Of a stretch of 64,000 nucleotides of DNA, positions 9,126-20,224 are shown piece after piece. The notes under the pieces are model-generated. The model was not told the DNA's origin. It did no database searches and saw nothing but the letters and a program-made list of their open reading frames with translations. A program made the translations under genes and the position numbers. Location of the stretch: positions 256,001 to 320,000 of the forward strand of contig CAVQBK010000003.1 of NCBI GenBank assembly GCA_963710755.1. The letters run 5' to 3'. Position 1 is the first letter of the stretch, and the number at the start of each line of letters is the position of its first letter. Origin of the DNA: an uncultured bacterium (lineage in GTDB: Bacteria; Oederibacteriota; JAAXVQ01; JAUVAV01).

Positions 9126-12100
9126 ATGCGTCACTGGTTACTCAGCCTTATGGTTGTCCTTTTACTCACACCCTTGGTTAACGCCGCCACTTATACAGTC
9201 ACCAATAGCAATGATTCGGGCGCCGGTTCTTTTCGTCAGGCCGTACTGGATGCCAACGGCTCGGTCGGTCCCGACAGCATCGTGTTTAGCTCCAGTTTTA
9301 TGTATATCACCGTAAGCAGTTATATCCGGGTGACTGACACCATTAACCTCAGCGGCAACTACGCGGTTATCAATGGCAACAACAGCAGCAACGGCGTTTA
9401 TTTTGCCGCCGGCAGCGATGGCAGCACCATCACGGCCATGGCCTTTGTACAATCCACAGGCTACGGTCTCAGCCTGGCGTCCAACTGCAACCGCGTCTAT
9501 AACTGCGCCTTGGGCACCAACTTCAGCGGCACGAGCGGGCTGGGCAACAACATCGGCCTGTCCGTCAGCGGCCATTACAATGACATCGGCGGTACGCTCT
9601 CCTCAGGCTACAATATTATCTCCGGCAATAACAGCTATGGGCTCAGTATTTATAGTTCCATTGGCACCAGGGTACACGGCAACTATATTGGCACCAATCA
9701 CACCGCTACCTTGGCCGTGCCCAATAACACGGGTATTCAACTCTACGGCAACAGCATGCAAACCATGATCGGCGGCGACCGCAGTGCCGGTCAGGGCAAT
9801 GTGATCAGCGGCAATACCACTTACGGTGTGTACCTCAGCGATGTAGATTGTTTTGGCAACAGCCTGGCCGGCAATTACATCGGGGTGGATCCCATTCAGG
9901 TCAATCCCTTGCCCAATAGCGTGGGGATCTTGGTTCATCAGTCCTCCTGGAATTATATCGGCTTGCCGGTGGCGAATTATGGCAACGTGGTGGCCGGCAA
10001 CAGCTCCTATGGCATTGAACTTTGGTGCGGCAGTTCCACCAGCAATCCCCATCCCAATGCCAACCGTATTCAAAACAACTATATCGGCATCTGCCCGGAC
10101 ACCGGCGTGGTTTACGGCAACAACAATGGCGTCTATCTGGCTTCTGCTGACGGCAATTTGGTTGGCGGCGACCGGACACTCAACGAAGGCAATGTGATCT
10201 CAGGCAATACCAACCACGGGGTATACATGCTCGACGGCATTGGCAACTCCATCAGCGGCAACCTGATCGGCACCGATATTCTAGGATCCATGGAAGCGCA
10301 CAACACCGGTTCGGGCATCCGCATTCAGATGGGCTCAGGCAACCTGATCGGCGGGTACAATATTGGCACCACCTTACGCCAGGGCAACCTGATCTCCGGC
10401 AATTACCAGCACGGCATCACCTTTAACCGGGATGTACTGGGCGAACAGCAGCGGAACAATAATATTTACGGCAACTGGATCGGCCTGAACCTGGCCGGCA
10501 CCGGCGCTATTGCCAATCAGCAAAACGGCATTAATTTTTACACCAATGCCGGGGACAATAATATCGGTTCCTCCAACACTCTTTATCGCAACGTAATTGC
10601 CGGCAATGGCGGCTATGGATTCCAGGCGCAATACGGCTTCAACAACAAGGTCTACGGCAATTACTTTGGCACGGACATCAATGGGACCACCTTCATTCCC
10701 AACAGCAATGATGCCATTCACTGGACCAACAGCTACAAGAACCGGATTGGCGGCACCAACACCAATGAAGGCAATGTAATCTGCGGCACAGGCACTTACG
10801 GCATTTACCTGGCCGATAGCTTTGAGAACACCATCATCGCCAATTATATTGGTGCGCTGGCCAACAAAACCGTGACCTCACCCAATTTCAATACCGGTAT
10901 TTACCTCACCAATTGGAGCTATACCAACTGGATCGGTTTGGAAAGCGCCAACAAAGGCAACCTGATCGCCGGCGTGACCAACGGCATTAATGTGGCCCAT
11001 GATCAGGCCGACGGCGTCATGCTCAGCACCAACACCATCTGCGCCTTCAGCGGCCAGGGCATTATCCTGGCGGCCGGTGCCAACAACAATGAAGCCGCGC
11101 CCACCATTGATTCCCACAGCAGTGGCTGGCTCTATGGCACATGTACCAGCGGCGACGATGTGGTGGAAGTGTTTGTGTCAGACCGCTCCACCGGCGTGGC
11201 CGGCGGCAGCCTGACCTATGTGGGCCGCACCACGGCCATCATCGGGACATCGTGGGGCCTCAATGTAACCGGCCGGTTTACCACCAGTGGAGAAGCCTTC
11301 ACGGCCATTAGCACCAACGGCATGAACAGTTCCGCCTTTGCTCAAAATTACATGATTCCTTACCCTACGCCGACCATCACGCCGACATCCACCATTACCA
11401 TGACCTCTACGTTCACGCCGACTGCTACCATTACCAAAACGGGCACTCCCACCGCGACCTTGACGGATACGGCAACTGCCACAAGGACAGCCACACCTTT
11501 GGCCAGCGCCACTTTCACGCCCAGCTATACGGCCACGCCCTCGGTAACACCGACCTTTACCCTCACAGCCACCATGACTGATACCATGACTTCCACGGCC
11601 ACCCCCACCCTGACCGCGACACCCACCAAGACCTTTACCCCTACAGCGACGGCCACAGCCACCATCTCAACGACGATAACGCCCGGTAACACACCTACAT
11701 TTACGGAAACACCCACTTGTTCGCCCACGTATACAGCCACGGGCACTGCGACCGCTACAGGCACCTGCACCGACACGCCCACTCAAACCGCGACCCCAAC
11801 CATGTCGGTCACCTCTACACCCACGGGCACCTGCACCGACACGCCTACTCACACCCCGACCCCAACCATGTCGGTCACTTTTACTGCGACAGGCACTAAA
11901 ACCATGACCAGTACAGCCACGCCTTATTATTCAGCAACGACGACGTCAACGATCACCGACACCCCCACTGTAACATCGACCGCCACCATTACCACTACCA
12001 GCACCATCAGCCCCACGCGCACCGCCACACCTCTGGCCACCAACACCCCGGTAGTCACCAATACACCGGTGGTCACCGCCACGGAGACCGATAACAACAC

Positions 12101-12362
12101 CACCCCCGTACAAGTATTGGCTTATCCCAACCCCGCCACGGACCATGTGGCATTCTCTGTGCCCGATTGGAACAGCGGCAGCCTGGAGATCATGATCTAT
12201 AATGCCTCCGGCGAGCTGGTGGCTAAAGTGAACTCTTATAATCCCCATCAGACCCAAGCGCCTACTTGGTCCACCGGCAGCGTCAGTCCCGGCATTTACT
12301 TGGCGAGAGTATATATTGATAAGAAACTGGTCCAAACCAAGAAGGTGGCTATTATCAAATAG
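9126..12362 (+). CDS. Secreted right-handed beta-helix repeat protein with Thr/Pro linker and T9SS-like CTD
   Basis: AAGGAGG SD, signal peptide, [17 protein letters not shown] start, repeated GNVISGN/GNYIG, (TPT)n linker, CTD AYPNP...IYNASGELV...PGIY...KKVAII. Confidence 0.88.
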   Translation: MRHWLLSLMVVLLLTPLVNAATYTVTNSNDSGAGSFRQAVLDANGSVGPDSIVFSSSFMYITVSSYIRVTDTINLSGNYAVINGNNSSNGVYFAAGSDGSTITAMAFVQSTGYGLSLASNCNRVYNCALGTNFSGTSGLGNNIGLSVSGHYNDIGGTLSSGYNIISGNNSYGLSIYSSIGTRVHGNYIGTNHTATLAVPNNTGIQLYGNSMQTMIGGDRSAGQGNVISGNTTYGVYLSDVDCFGNSLAGNYIGVDPIQVNPLPNSVGILVHQSSWNYIGLPVANYGNVVAGNSSYGIELWCGSSTSNPHPNANRIQNNYIGICPDTGVVYGNNNGVYLASADGNLVGGDRTLNEGNVISGNTNHGVYMLDGIGNSISGNLIGTDILGSMEAHNTGSGIRIQMGSGNLIGGYNIGTTLRQGNLISGNYQHGITFNRDVLGEQQRNNNIYGNWIGLNLAGTGAIANQQNGINFYTNAGDNNIGSSNTLYRNVIAGNGGYGFQAQYGFNNKVYGNYFGTDINGTTFIPNSNDAIHWTNSYKNRIGGTNTNEGNVICGTGTYGIYLADSFENTIIANYIGALANKTVTSPNFNTGIYLTNWSYTNWIGLESANKGNLIAGVTNGINVAHDQADGVMLSTNTICAFSGQGIILAAGANNNEAAPTIDSHSSGWLYGTCTSGDDVVEVFVSDRSTGVAGGSLTYVGRTTAIIGTSWGLNVTGRFTTSGEAFTAISTNGMNSSAFAQNYMIPYPTPTITPTSTITMTSTFTPTATITKTGTPTATLTDTATATRTATPLASATFTPSYTATPSVTPTFTLTATMTDTMTSTATPTLTATPTKTFTPTATATATISTTITPGNTPTFTETPTCSPTYTATGTATATGTCTDTPTQTATPTMSVTSTPTGTCTDTPTHTPTPTMSVTFTATGTKTMTSTATPYYSATTTSTITDTPTVTSTATITTTSTISPTRTATPLATNTPVVTNTPVVTATETDNNTTPVQVLAYPNPATDHVAFSVPDWNSGSLEIMIYNASGELVAKVNSYNPHQTQAPTWSTGSVSPGIYLARVYIDKKLVQTKKVAIIK
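11760..11879 (+). repeat. 66-bp in-frame tandem duplication inside the Thr/Pro linker
   Basis: ggcacctgcaccgacacgcc...ccaaccatgtcggtcac occurs at 11760 and 11826 ([18 protein letters not shown] twice). Confidence 0.85.
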
Positions 12363-12386
12363 CCCGCCATCTTAGGCACTGCTTAT

Positions 12387-12424
12387 AAAAAAAGGCCTGC
12401 ATGCTGATCATGCGGGCCTTTTTT
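12387..12424. terminator. Bidirectional intrinsic terminator
   Basis: A-run, GGCCTGCATG-ctgat-CATGCGGGCC stem, T-run, located between convergent genes. Confidence 0.85.
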
Positions 12425-12710
12425 ATTTAATTTATTTTAATCGTATGGTCCCTTCCGGTGTTCATTCTTTATCTGCTTTAAGGCACCACTACCTGCACTC
12501 TTGGCAGCCTCCGAAGGGCAGGGTGATCCAGAACACTTGTAAAATAAGCGCCTGAGGTTTTTCAAACGGTTTTTTACAAGATATTTCAAATAGGCAGGAC
12601 GATTATACTGTCTGCTGCAAATCGGGCGGGATCGATTAACATTATCGTGGGTAATCTATTAGTCTTGGTTGCAAAAAACGTTTTTTAGAAAAGGGCATCT
12701 GGTCCTATTC

Positions 12711-12793
12711 GTCCTGCCCGCCTTCGCTTAGCCGGCATCCAGGATTTTTTAAGGGTTCAATCTGGACCCCGCTAAAACCATACCGGGGTGTCC
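12711..12793. repeat. Degenerate REP-like inverted palindrome pair
   Basis: GTCCTGCCCG..CCGGCATCCAG and CTGGACCCCG..CCGGGGTGTCC resemble GTCATxCCCG..CGGGxATCCAG-type REP doublets. Confidence 0.45.
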
Positions 12794-12916
12794 GAAATTA
12801 GACATGACCATTAATGCGTACTGCCACCATAACTTATTAAGTAGTATTTTTATCGCCAGAAAATCTTGGGTCTTCCACACTTTTAATCTGATGTTTCCCT
12901 AAACTCCTGGCGCAAC

Positions 12917-15900
12917 TCAACGGATGATGGCCAGTTTTTTAATGTGGCCTTTTTGTCTTAACCCGTTTTTCGTCAAGTTAAGGCGGTAATAGTAAAGACC
13001 GGGCGGTATAGCGTGCGCGTCCCAAGCCACCCGGTTAATGGCGGGATGGTACTCCTGCACTATGGCAATTCTTTCGCCGGCCAGGTTAAAAATCTCTATG
13101 GCCACCCTGTCCACCTTTTGCGGCGGATAAGCAAAATAAATGATTCCCCGGCCCGGATTAGGATAACTGAGCACATCGGCCACACTGATCCAGGCCGGCG
13201 TTGCGGTTACCGTGGCCGTGGGCGTACTTGCCCCAACCAAGGCGGGTACAGCCACAGTTTGGGTGCCTGCGCTCTCACCGCGGTCATTGACAGCTGTAAG
13301 CTTATAATAATAACCTTGTCCGTCCTGGACTTGGGTATCGTCCCACAAGGGTGCTTCTTCCCATTGATAAGATTTTTGTCCTATCAGGTTGCCTGCCTGG
13401 CAGTTCACCTCGGCCTGCGTTGACCGGTAAATATTATATTGGATGAGCTTCTCAGCCTGGTTGTTTTGCTGCCAGGTGAGACGGATAAGGGTCTGCACCC
13501 GTTCTGCGCTCAAGCCTTGTGGTATGGTCGCCAGTGGAATGACAGGCACCCCCATAACTGGGCTGGACAAAGAACCGGCATGATTTTGATTATCATAGGC
13601 GCAGACCTGGTAATAGTAGGCTGTGCCATTAACGGTCAGCGTATCTCCCCATGCCTGCGCCGTGGCCCCCACCCAGGCCAGCGGTGTATTGCCCATGGCC
13701 GTGGCATTCAGGCCTCGCCAGATCTGATAGCCTGCCAGGGGATAGGTGCCGGCCATTGCCGGCTGCCAAGTAAGATCCAGGCGTTCATCCCCGGCGGTGA
13801 TGGTCAATTGCCCCGGTACACCGGGTAAGTGCATGGGTATCACAACCGCTTCCGGCGAGTAACCGCTGCGATTACCGGCGCTGTCCTCGCTTTTAATTTT
13901 ATAATAATAAGCCACGCCGTTGCTCAAAGGTGCGTCTGTATAGGTAGTAACCGGCACATAGGCTCCATTGACAGGGGGGTCTGTTTGGCCGTCTGACAGG
14001 GGCGCGCGATAAACCTGATAGCCTTTGAGGCTCAGGCTGCCGGGTACCCCGGGCAGCCAAGCCAGCCGGGCTGATCCATTGCCCGCCTGCACGCTGACTT
14101 GGGCAGGCGGCAGGGGTGCCACGAACCCGGCCGTAGGCACGCAGGTACATTCCGCGGAAAAGCCACAGGTGTTGCCCGCACTATCAATGGCCGAGACCCG
14201 GTAATAATAAGTCGTGCCGTTGCTTAACCCTGTATCCGTGATCCAAGGTTCGTCCAAAGGCTGCGCATTGACGGGCGTGGTATTACCACTGGCGGCCACG
14301 GTGCTGCGGTAATAATGATAGCCTGTAATGGGATAGGCCGAGCGGGCCGGAACCCAGGCCAAATGAGCCTCCCCCTGGCCTGGATTGGCCACCAGCTGCG
14401 AGGGCGCCTGGTAACCCACCAGTTGAATATCACCCAAACTGGCCGTGCGTCCTACCAGATCACGAGCATTAACGGTCATGGTGTAGAGCCCGACTTGGGC
14501 GAGGGGCTGGGAAGTTAAAAAATAGCCTGTGCCTGGATAAGCGCCCAGACCGGCCCATTGCATGGTAAGGTGCGCCTGGGTGCTCGAGTCGGGCGCCTCA
14601 ATATCACCCCAGCAGGACAATTGACCGAGCAACGTGGCATCATCGCTTGCATCAAGGAAAAGAATATAGGTGGAGCCCAACTCCAGGGCTGCAGTTTCCT
14701 GCGCCCGGTAGGACATGGGCCAGCTTTGGGCCACCCATCCTCCCTTAATCAAGGGGGGATCATGGTCGACGGTGACATTAAAGGCAATAGCAGAGGAAAG
14801 ATTGACAATATCCTGAAAAGCCGTGGCATTACCGGCTCGATCCTGAAACCGGATGGCTACCCGATAATCACCGGCTTGGGCCGTATCCGTAATGGTCACA
14901 TAGCAGGGATAAAAGGTAGGTGCAAAATCAATAAGGCTGATACTGGCATCGGGTTTGGTGATTTTTAGTGTTCCCTGCAGGGTTGCGCCTGAGTCGTCGC
15001 TGACCAGGGCTTGTACGGTCGCTTGTCCGTTGGGCGCCAGATAACTGGGGGTGAGACTGGCGGTTTGGATGACCGGCGCTGTGGTATCAGTCGCAACCTC
15101 GAGTGTTAGCGGGCCTTGCTGGGATTCGTTGCATGATATATCGAGAGCGTGGAAAACCAGGTGATAGGTCCCGGTTTGGCCGGTGTCCTGGAAGCACCCG
15201 GTATAGAGCGACGACAGGCCCTGCCGGGATAAGGGTTGTTCTCTGGTTTCCGCATTGGGCAGCGTCACCTCGACCCAGACATGAGAAGAGACATCGTCAT
15301 TATCCGTGGCGGTGATGGAGCAGGCCACGGCTTGATAGGCCGTGATGGCGGTTGGTTGAATGGCTGCCTGTAATAAAGCCGGCCCGGTATGATCTCCGGG
15401 CAGGCGGTAATCCATTTCCAAAGTGGGATCGCCGAGAAAATTATAGGTGTACATCGTTCCCGGCAGGCATTGATAGTAAAGGGTGCTGGGCCGTACCCGG
15501 CCATTATCATAGTAAGCGGCCTTAAACAGTTTAAAAATACGCACCACCGGATCCTGGGCAGGCTCACCGAAATACATGATCCGATTAGCCCCCACATAGG
15601 CCAAGGCACCGCCATGCTCAATTTCAAAGAAGCTCTTGCCAATATTGTCCACCACATCAAAGGTTCCGGTATAACATGCCGAGGCCACCACAAAAGGCAG
15701 GCGCTGGCCGTTCTGGAGTTGGCGCACGTGCCAGCTCGTCAATCCCACGTTGGCCCAGCCTGCATTATTGCCATGCCCCAGGTATCCTACTACCCCGCAG
15801 CCTGCATTGAGCGCGGCCACGATGGTGTTGCCCTGACTAGCGTCGGCTATGGTCACAGGGGTGAACTTGTTGATCCCGGTTAGTTGATCATCCAGCCAGC

Positions 15901-16411
15901 CGGTATAGACCATGGTCTTGGACCAGGTGCTGACCGCAGGAAAGGTTGCCCAGAGGGTGCTGATTTTTTGGGCTTGCCCGGCGTCAGCCGCGGGCAGACG
16001 CCCGCCAAAAATTGTGGCGCCGGTTTCGCTGTAGCCATCTCCATTAAGCTTAAAATAATAACCGTCGTAAACCACGTTATTGTATCGCCGAACCGGTATA
16101 TGACTGGCATCCCCGGCCAGCAAAGCATAGGAGATGGCCCAGGTGGCATAGGCGTCTTGTAAATAGGCGCGTATTTTTTCCTGTGTATCTGCGCCGGGAT
16201 AAGCGGCGGTTATAGCTTCCAGCGCAACGACCCGGGTTTGCACCCCTTGATTATTTTTGGCTATCACATAAGCATCAAAAGCCGTCTGCCAGGCGCTGGG
16301 TGTGATGATGACATAATCCGCCGGTGCGCCGGTACACAACCCGGCTGGTGCTAACCGGGCTAATCCTAAAAGCGTGATCAGCACTCCTAGGCGAACCAAC
16401 GCGCGACGCAT
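12917..16411 (-). CDS. Peptidase C25 (gingipain-like) cysteine protease with Ig-like/FN3 repeats and T9SS-like CTD
   Basis: Own GGAG SD and signal peptide (ATG 16411), DYVIIT, YALLAGD, GRLP, catalytic-dyad motifs YLGHG and SACYTG, YNFLGDP, four FN3-like repeats (YYYRVSA), CTD SYPNP...KKLAII. Confidence 0.88.
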   Translation of the reverse strand: MRRALVRLGVLITLLGLARLAPAGLCTGAPADYVIITPSAWQTAFDAYVIAKNNQGVQTRVVALEAITAAYPGADTQEKIRAYLQDAYATWAISYALLAGDASHIPVRRYNNVVYDGYYFKLNGDGYSETGATIFGGRLPAADAGQAQKISTLWATFPAVSTWSKTMVYTGWLDDQLTGINKFTPVTIADASQGNTIVAALNAGCGVVGYLGHGNNAGWANVGLTSWHVRQLQNGQRLPFVVASACYTGTFDVVDNIGKSFFEIEHGGALAYVGANRIMYFGEPAQDPVVRIFKLFKAAYYDNGRVRPSTLYYQCLPGTMYTYNFLGDPTLEMDYRLPGDHTGPALLQAAIQPTAITAYQAVACSITATDNDDVSSHVWVEVTLPNAETREQPLSRQGLSSLYTGCFQDTGQTGTYHLVFHALDISCNESQQGPLTLEVATDTTAPVIQTASLTPSYLAPNGQATVQALVSDDSGATLQGTLKITKPDASISLIDFAPTFYPCYVTITDTAQAGDYRVAIRFQDRAGNATAFQDIVNLSSAIAFNVTVDHDPPLIKGGWVAQSWPMSYRAQETAALELGSTYILFLDASDDATLLGQLSCWGDIEAPDSSTQAHLTMQWAGLGAYPGTGYFLTSQPLAQVGLYTMTVNARDLVGRTASLGDIQLVGYQAPSQLVANPGQGEAHLAWVPARSAYPITGYHYYRSTVAASGNTTPVNAQPLDEPWITDTGLSNGTTYYYRVSAIDSAGNTCGFSAECTCVPTAGFVAPLPPAQVSVQAGNGSARLAWLPGVPGSLSLKGYQVYRAPLSDGQTDPPVNGAYVPVTTYTDAPLSNGVAYYYKIKSEDSAGNRSGYSPEAVVIPMHLPGVPGQLTITAGDERLDLTWQPAMAGTYPLAGYQIWRGLNATAMGNTPLAWVGATAQAWGDTLTVNGTAYYYQVCAYDNQNHAGSLSSPVMGVPVIPLATIPQGLSAERVQTLIRLTWQQNNQAEKLIQYNIYRSTQAEVNCQAGNLIGQKSYQWEEAPLWDDTQVQDGQGYYYKLTAVNDRGESAGTQTVAVPALVGASTPTATVTATPAWISVADVLSYPNPGRGIIYFAYPPQKVDRVAIEIFNLAGERIAIVQEYHPAINRVAWDAHAIPPGLYYYRLNLTKNGLRQKGHIKKLAIIR

Positions 16412-16415
16412 GCGC

Positions 16416-17093
16416 TTAAGGCTCCAAGGGGAGGCCAAAAAAAGCTTCTTGGCTGTTCCATAATTTTTTTTGCAGCTCCCGGTCCACGATATTACGGGGT
16501 TGGTTATCAGGATCCCAGGTGGTGGTCGTAAGTACCACCGCGACCTCTGCCCCCGAAGAAACCAGCAGGCTCTGCGTACGCCCCAGGTATTTAAGCATAT
16601 ACAGACGCACGATCAGGACCCGGGCGCTGCCCATGCGCCTGATGGCATAGTCATAATCTTGTTGGGGATAAGCGGCTTGGTTTTGATAGGCTGATCCATC
16701 GGCTTGCGGCGCTTGGGGCCGCGACAAGGTAGGCTGACCGGCAGGGATCACCGGCAGGGCCAGCGGCTGTTGTTGCCAATGGCCGGAGACCGTGATCGCT
16801 TTAACCTGTGCTTGTTGGGGAATAGATATCCATACCTCCCGGCATGGTAGCAGGGGCTGCCCCGGAATTTGGAGCAAACCTGCATCCCCTTCTGTGGATA
16901 CCAGGTGTGTCCAATGGTCGTTGGCCGTGCAGGTAAAGGCCAGGGGAGAAGCATGAAAATGGAGGCGCGCTTCCTGCCGGGAGGCTTCAAAGGCAGCTCT
17001 GGCCGCGGCGCTGGTGAGAACCGGCATTAATAGCAACCACGTTACCATAATACTTACCCCACCGAATCTTGCACGCAAGCCCAGACGGGTCAT
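16416..17093 (-). CDS. Stand-alone C25 propeptide-like secreted protein
   Basis: Signal peptide, PGQPLLP...ISIP, PVIPAGQP, YQNQAAYP, MGSARVLIVRLY resemble Propeptide_C25. AGAGGA SD before ATG 17093. Confidence 0.7.
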   Translation of the reverse strand: MTRLGLRARFGGVSIMVTWLLLMPVLTSAAARAAFEASRQEARLHFHASPLAFTCTANDHWTHLVSTEGDAGLLQIPGQPLLPCREVWISIPQQAQVKAITVSGHWQQQPLALPVIPAGQPTLSRPQAPQADGSAYQNQAAYPQQDYDYAIRRMGSARVLIVRLYMLKYLGRTQSLLVSSGAEVAVVLTTTTWDPDNQPRNIVDRELQKKLWNSQEAFFGLPLEP

Positions 17094-17307
17094 GGCTATT
17101 CCTCTCTTATCCATACATATTCAGCTTTATCGGCTAGGCGCTGATGTCCAAAGGTAGCGCATTGTACCATGATAAGCGGAAAGGAATAAACCATGCTTTT
17201 ATATGTCATCCCAAGTGAGGCCACTGGCAGGTCCTTGCGCTATTAGCATGTCAATAGACCGGGCGGAGGAGGCTCGGCCGGAACCTAAATCGTGCCCTCA
17301 ACCCTGG

Positions 17308-18030
17308 TTAGGCCGCTATTTCTTCCAGCAGCATGGTCTTGAGGAGGAGTTCGATTTTTTCCGGTGTGTGCAGGTATTCGGTATTCACCAGCTGCGCGAT
17401 TTTGTGCATGACCAGATGGCTGATAGCGCCTTTGGCCAGCTTGCGGTTGGTAAAGTTCTCGTTATGAATGACAATAGGCTTGCCGATTTTGATATGACAA
17501 CGGGCGATGCCGGGCAGTTTTTTATGCCGCGGCCAGGCCTGGTAAAACCCATTTAACCCTACCGGCACAATAGGCACATTGGCTTCCATCACCAGACTGC
17601 CCACGCCTTCTGCCGCCGGTTTGATGCGGCCGTCATCAGAGCGGGTGCCTTCCGGAAAAATGGCCACCATCTCCCCATTGGCCAGACGGTCTTTCATCTG
17701 GACAAAGACATTTTTTACAGACTTCAAGTTGGTGTAGTCAATAATAATACTGTTGGAATGAACCAGGAATTTTTTCCAAAAGGGACTCTCATATAGTTTG
17801 TGTTTGGCCAGAAAATGCAGCTTCTTTTTCAAACGGTGTTTAAACAAGGGGTAACAAATACAGAAATCAAGATAACTGACATGATTGAACACGAAAACAC
17901 AGGGCCCTTGGGGAATGTTTTCCACACCGCTTATCTTGCCCCGCAACACCAAATAAAAGTAAAGTTCAAATAAAGAGCCCATGATGTCGATATAAAAAAG
18001 ATTGAAGAGCTTGTTCCACCATCTTTTCAT
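17308..18030 (-). CDS. 1-acyl-sn-glycerol-3-phosphate acyltransferase (PlsC family)
   Basis: NHVSYLD and IFPEGTRS motifs. Confidence 0.9.
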   Translation of the reverse strand: MKRWWNKLFNLFYIDIMGSLFELYFYLVLRGKISGVENIPQGPCVFVFNHVSYLDFCICYPLFKHRLKKKLHFLAKHKLYESPFWKKFLVHSNSIIIDYTNLKSVKNVFVQMKDRLANGEMVAIFPEGTRSDDGRIKPAAEGVGSLVMEANVPIVPVGLNGFYQAWPRHKKLPGIARCHIKIGKPIVIHNENFTNRKLAKGAISHLVMHKIAQLVNTEYLHTPEKIELLLKTMLLEEIAA

Positions 18031-18263
18031 TTGCTTAACCTCTTTTCGCCATACTCTGGTAATACTATAGTGTCGTGACAATCCCGCTTCAGCCTTAGGC
18101 CTTTTTGCAGTCAGGACTATTTATTTTTGGACCAAAGGCCCGCGCCCCGTGAAAACGGCCGGCCCCCATCCTGGTGCCTGTTGCAAGCCGTGGCAATGCT
18201 TGACACCTCTTGAACGCTGTGTTTTGATAAGCACATATCGATTATGCCTAAAGGATGTGAACC

Positions 18264-19208
18264 ATGAGTGTTTCCATTAAAAGCATCTGGACGCTGGGCC
18301 TGGGTGGTGTGGGCGGTTATGTGGGCGGCCGTATTGCCGAGGCCTTGACCAAACATCCGGGCAGGCAGCATATTTATTTCATTGCCCGCGGCGAACACCT
18401 GCGCGCCATTCAACAGCAGGGATTGCGGCTCATGCTTCATGATAATCAACCCTTAATCGGCCATCCCGCCTTGGCTACCGATGATATGAGTCAATTGCCG
18501 CTGCCGGAATTGGTCATTGTGGCCGTCAAGAGCTATGATTTGCAAACGGCCTTAAAGCCGCTGGTCCCCTATGTACGGCCCGGCACCATTATCCTGCCTT
18601 TATTAAACGGCATTGACATTGTGGAGCGTTGCCGCCGGGTATTGCCTGAAGCTATTATTCTGCCGGCCTGCATTTACGTGGGCGTGCATAAGGAAGGCCC
18701 GGGGGTGATCCGCCAGCAAGGCCGGGAAAATAAGATCATCTTTGGCCCTGATCCAAAACATCTGGATCTCAACCTGACTTCCTTAAAAACGGTTTTAACC
18801 CGGGCCCATTTAAACTGCGACGAACACTATAATCCCTGGCCGGCCATCTGGTCCAAATACCTGTTCATCGCGCCGCTGGGGTTGGTCACCTCCGCTTATA
18901 ATAAAACCCTGGGTGAGGTGGCCAACGACCCCAGCCTGCTCCATCAAGTACGCCTGGTAATGGAAGAGACCCGCGCCCTGGCTCTGGCTAAAGATATTGT
19001 GCTGCCCAAGGATATTGTGGAAAGCACTTTAAAAAAACTCCGTGATTTCCCACCGGAGACTAAAACCTCCTACCAGCGCGATGTGGAAACTCCGGGCAAA
19101 GCCAACGAAGGCGAACTATTCGGCCCTACCATTATCCGGCTGGGCCAAGAGCTCAACCGCGCCACACCCATGACGGAAAAACTAACGGCCTTGCTTGGCC
19201 TGGCATGA
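18264..19208 (+). CDS. panE: Ketopantoate reductase family protein
   Basis: GLGGVGG, VAVKSYD, LLNG, WSKY, TSYQRD, E-G-E motifs. Confidence 0.85.
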   Translation: MSVSIKSIWTLGLGGVGGYVGGRIAEALTKHPGRQHIYFIARGEHLRAIQQQGLRLMLHDNQPLIGHPALATDDMSQLPLPELVIVAVKSYDLQTALKPLVPYVRPGTIILPLLNGIDIVERCRRVLPEAIILPACIYVGVHKEGPGVIRQQGRENKIIFGPDPKHLDLNLTSLKTVLTRAHLNCDEHYNPWPAIWSKYLFIAPLGLVTSAYNKTLGEVANDPSLLHQVRLVMEETRALALAKDIVLPKDIVESTLKKLRDFPPETKTSYQRDVETPGKANEGELFGPTIIRLGQELNRATPMTEKLTALLGLA

Positions 19209-20131
19209 ACCCTGCGGCGACTAGGCCCAAAGTCCTGGTCCCTGGAAGTGTGCTGCTCGATCACTATGCGGATAGCGGCCGGCGCTTTCTGGGCGGTGCT
19301 TGTTTTAATTTTGCCTACCATATGCATCATCTTTTGGGAAACGTGGATTTTTTAAGCCGTGTGGGCCACGATGACGCCGGGCAATTTATTCTGACAGAAC
19401 TCGAACGCCGTCACTTTCCCACCCATTTAATCCAAAAGGACTTGCACAAGCCCACTAAAACCGTGCAGGTCCGGAAGGATGACCACCATGAGCCTTATTA
19501 CCTTATCAGCCGTGACGTGGCCACGGACTATTTGGAGATGCCGGGCCTGACCGATACACAATTAAAGGCTTACCAGTTGGTTTATTTCGGCACCACCATT
19601 CAAAGCGCACCCCGCAGCCGCGCGACGGTGCGCCAATTGCTGGCCCAAACTTCGGGGCTCACCTTATGCGACATCAATCTGCGGCCCGGCCAATATACAC
19701 CTGAAACCATTGCTAATGCCCTGCATACCTGCAGCGCCTTGAAACTTAACCATCAAGAGCTGGAGTCCATTGCCCGTCTTTATGCCCTGCAGGGCACGCT
19801 CGAAGAGCAGCTGTATCAATTGGCCCGGCGGTTTGCCATTCCCAGCATTTGCCTGACCATGGCTGCTGAAGGCAGCTTGCTTTATCAGGACCGGGCCTTT
19901 TCCCAGGGCAGCGCTACGCCCGGACCGGTACGGGATACGGTAGGCGCTGGTGATGCCTTTAGCGCCATTTATGCGCTCGGCCTGCTGCTGGGGTGGCCGC
20001 CCTCCACCATGCTTGACTTGGCTTCCCGTTTTGCCTATGCCATCTGCACCATCGAAGGTGCCGTGCCGGCTGGACCAGATTTTTATGCGCCCTGGAAACA
20101 GCAGGTGCAGCACGCCGGCCGGCCTGCTTAA
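19205..20131 (+). CDS. PfkB family carbohydrate kinase
   Basis: GGACFN, DINLRP, KLNHQE, DTVGAGDAF. ATGA overlap with the upstream gene. Confidence 0.9.
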   Translation: MNPAATRPKVLVPGSVLLDHYADSGRRFLGGACFNFAYHMHHLLGNVDFLSRVGHDDAGQFILTELERRHFPTHLIQKDLHKPTKTVQVRKDDHHEPYYLISRDVATDYLEMPGLTDTQLKAYQLVYFGTTIQSAPRSRATVRQLLAQTSGLTLCDINLRPGQYTPETIANALHTCSALKLNHQELESIARLYALQGTLEEQLYQLARRFAIPSICLTMAAEGSLLYQDRAFSQGSATPGPVRDTVGAGDAFSAIYALGLLLGWPPSTMLDLASRFAYAICTIEGAVPAGPDFYAPWKQQVQHAGRPA

Positions 20132-20224
20132 ATTCTGCTTTTGATCCTCACATTCTCCCGGGACGTGTGTCTAATAGGATAGCAGCATGCTGGTGGCGTA
20201 ATAACATTTTGAGGGAGGGGAGCC

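Noticed and set aside
12481-12540. HDV-like ribozyme, 6S RNA or SRP RNA
   Set aside because: GCC-TCCGAAG-GGC resembles HDV P3/L3, but P1, P1.1 and J4/2 cannot be built. No 6S long terminal stem or SRP helix 8 motif is present.
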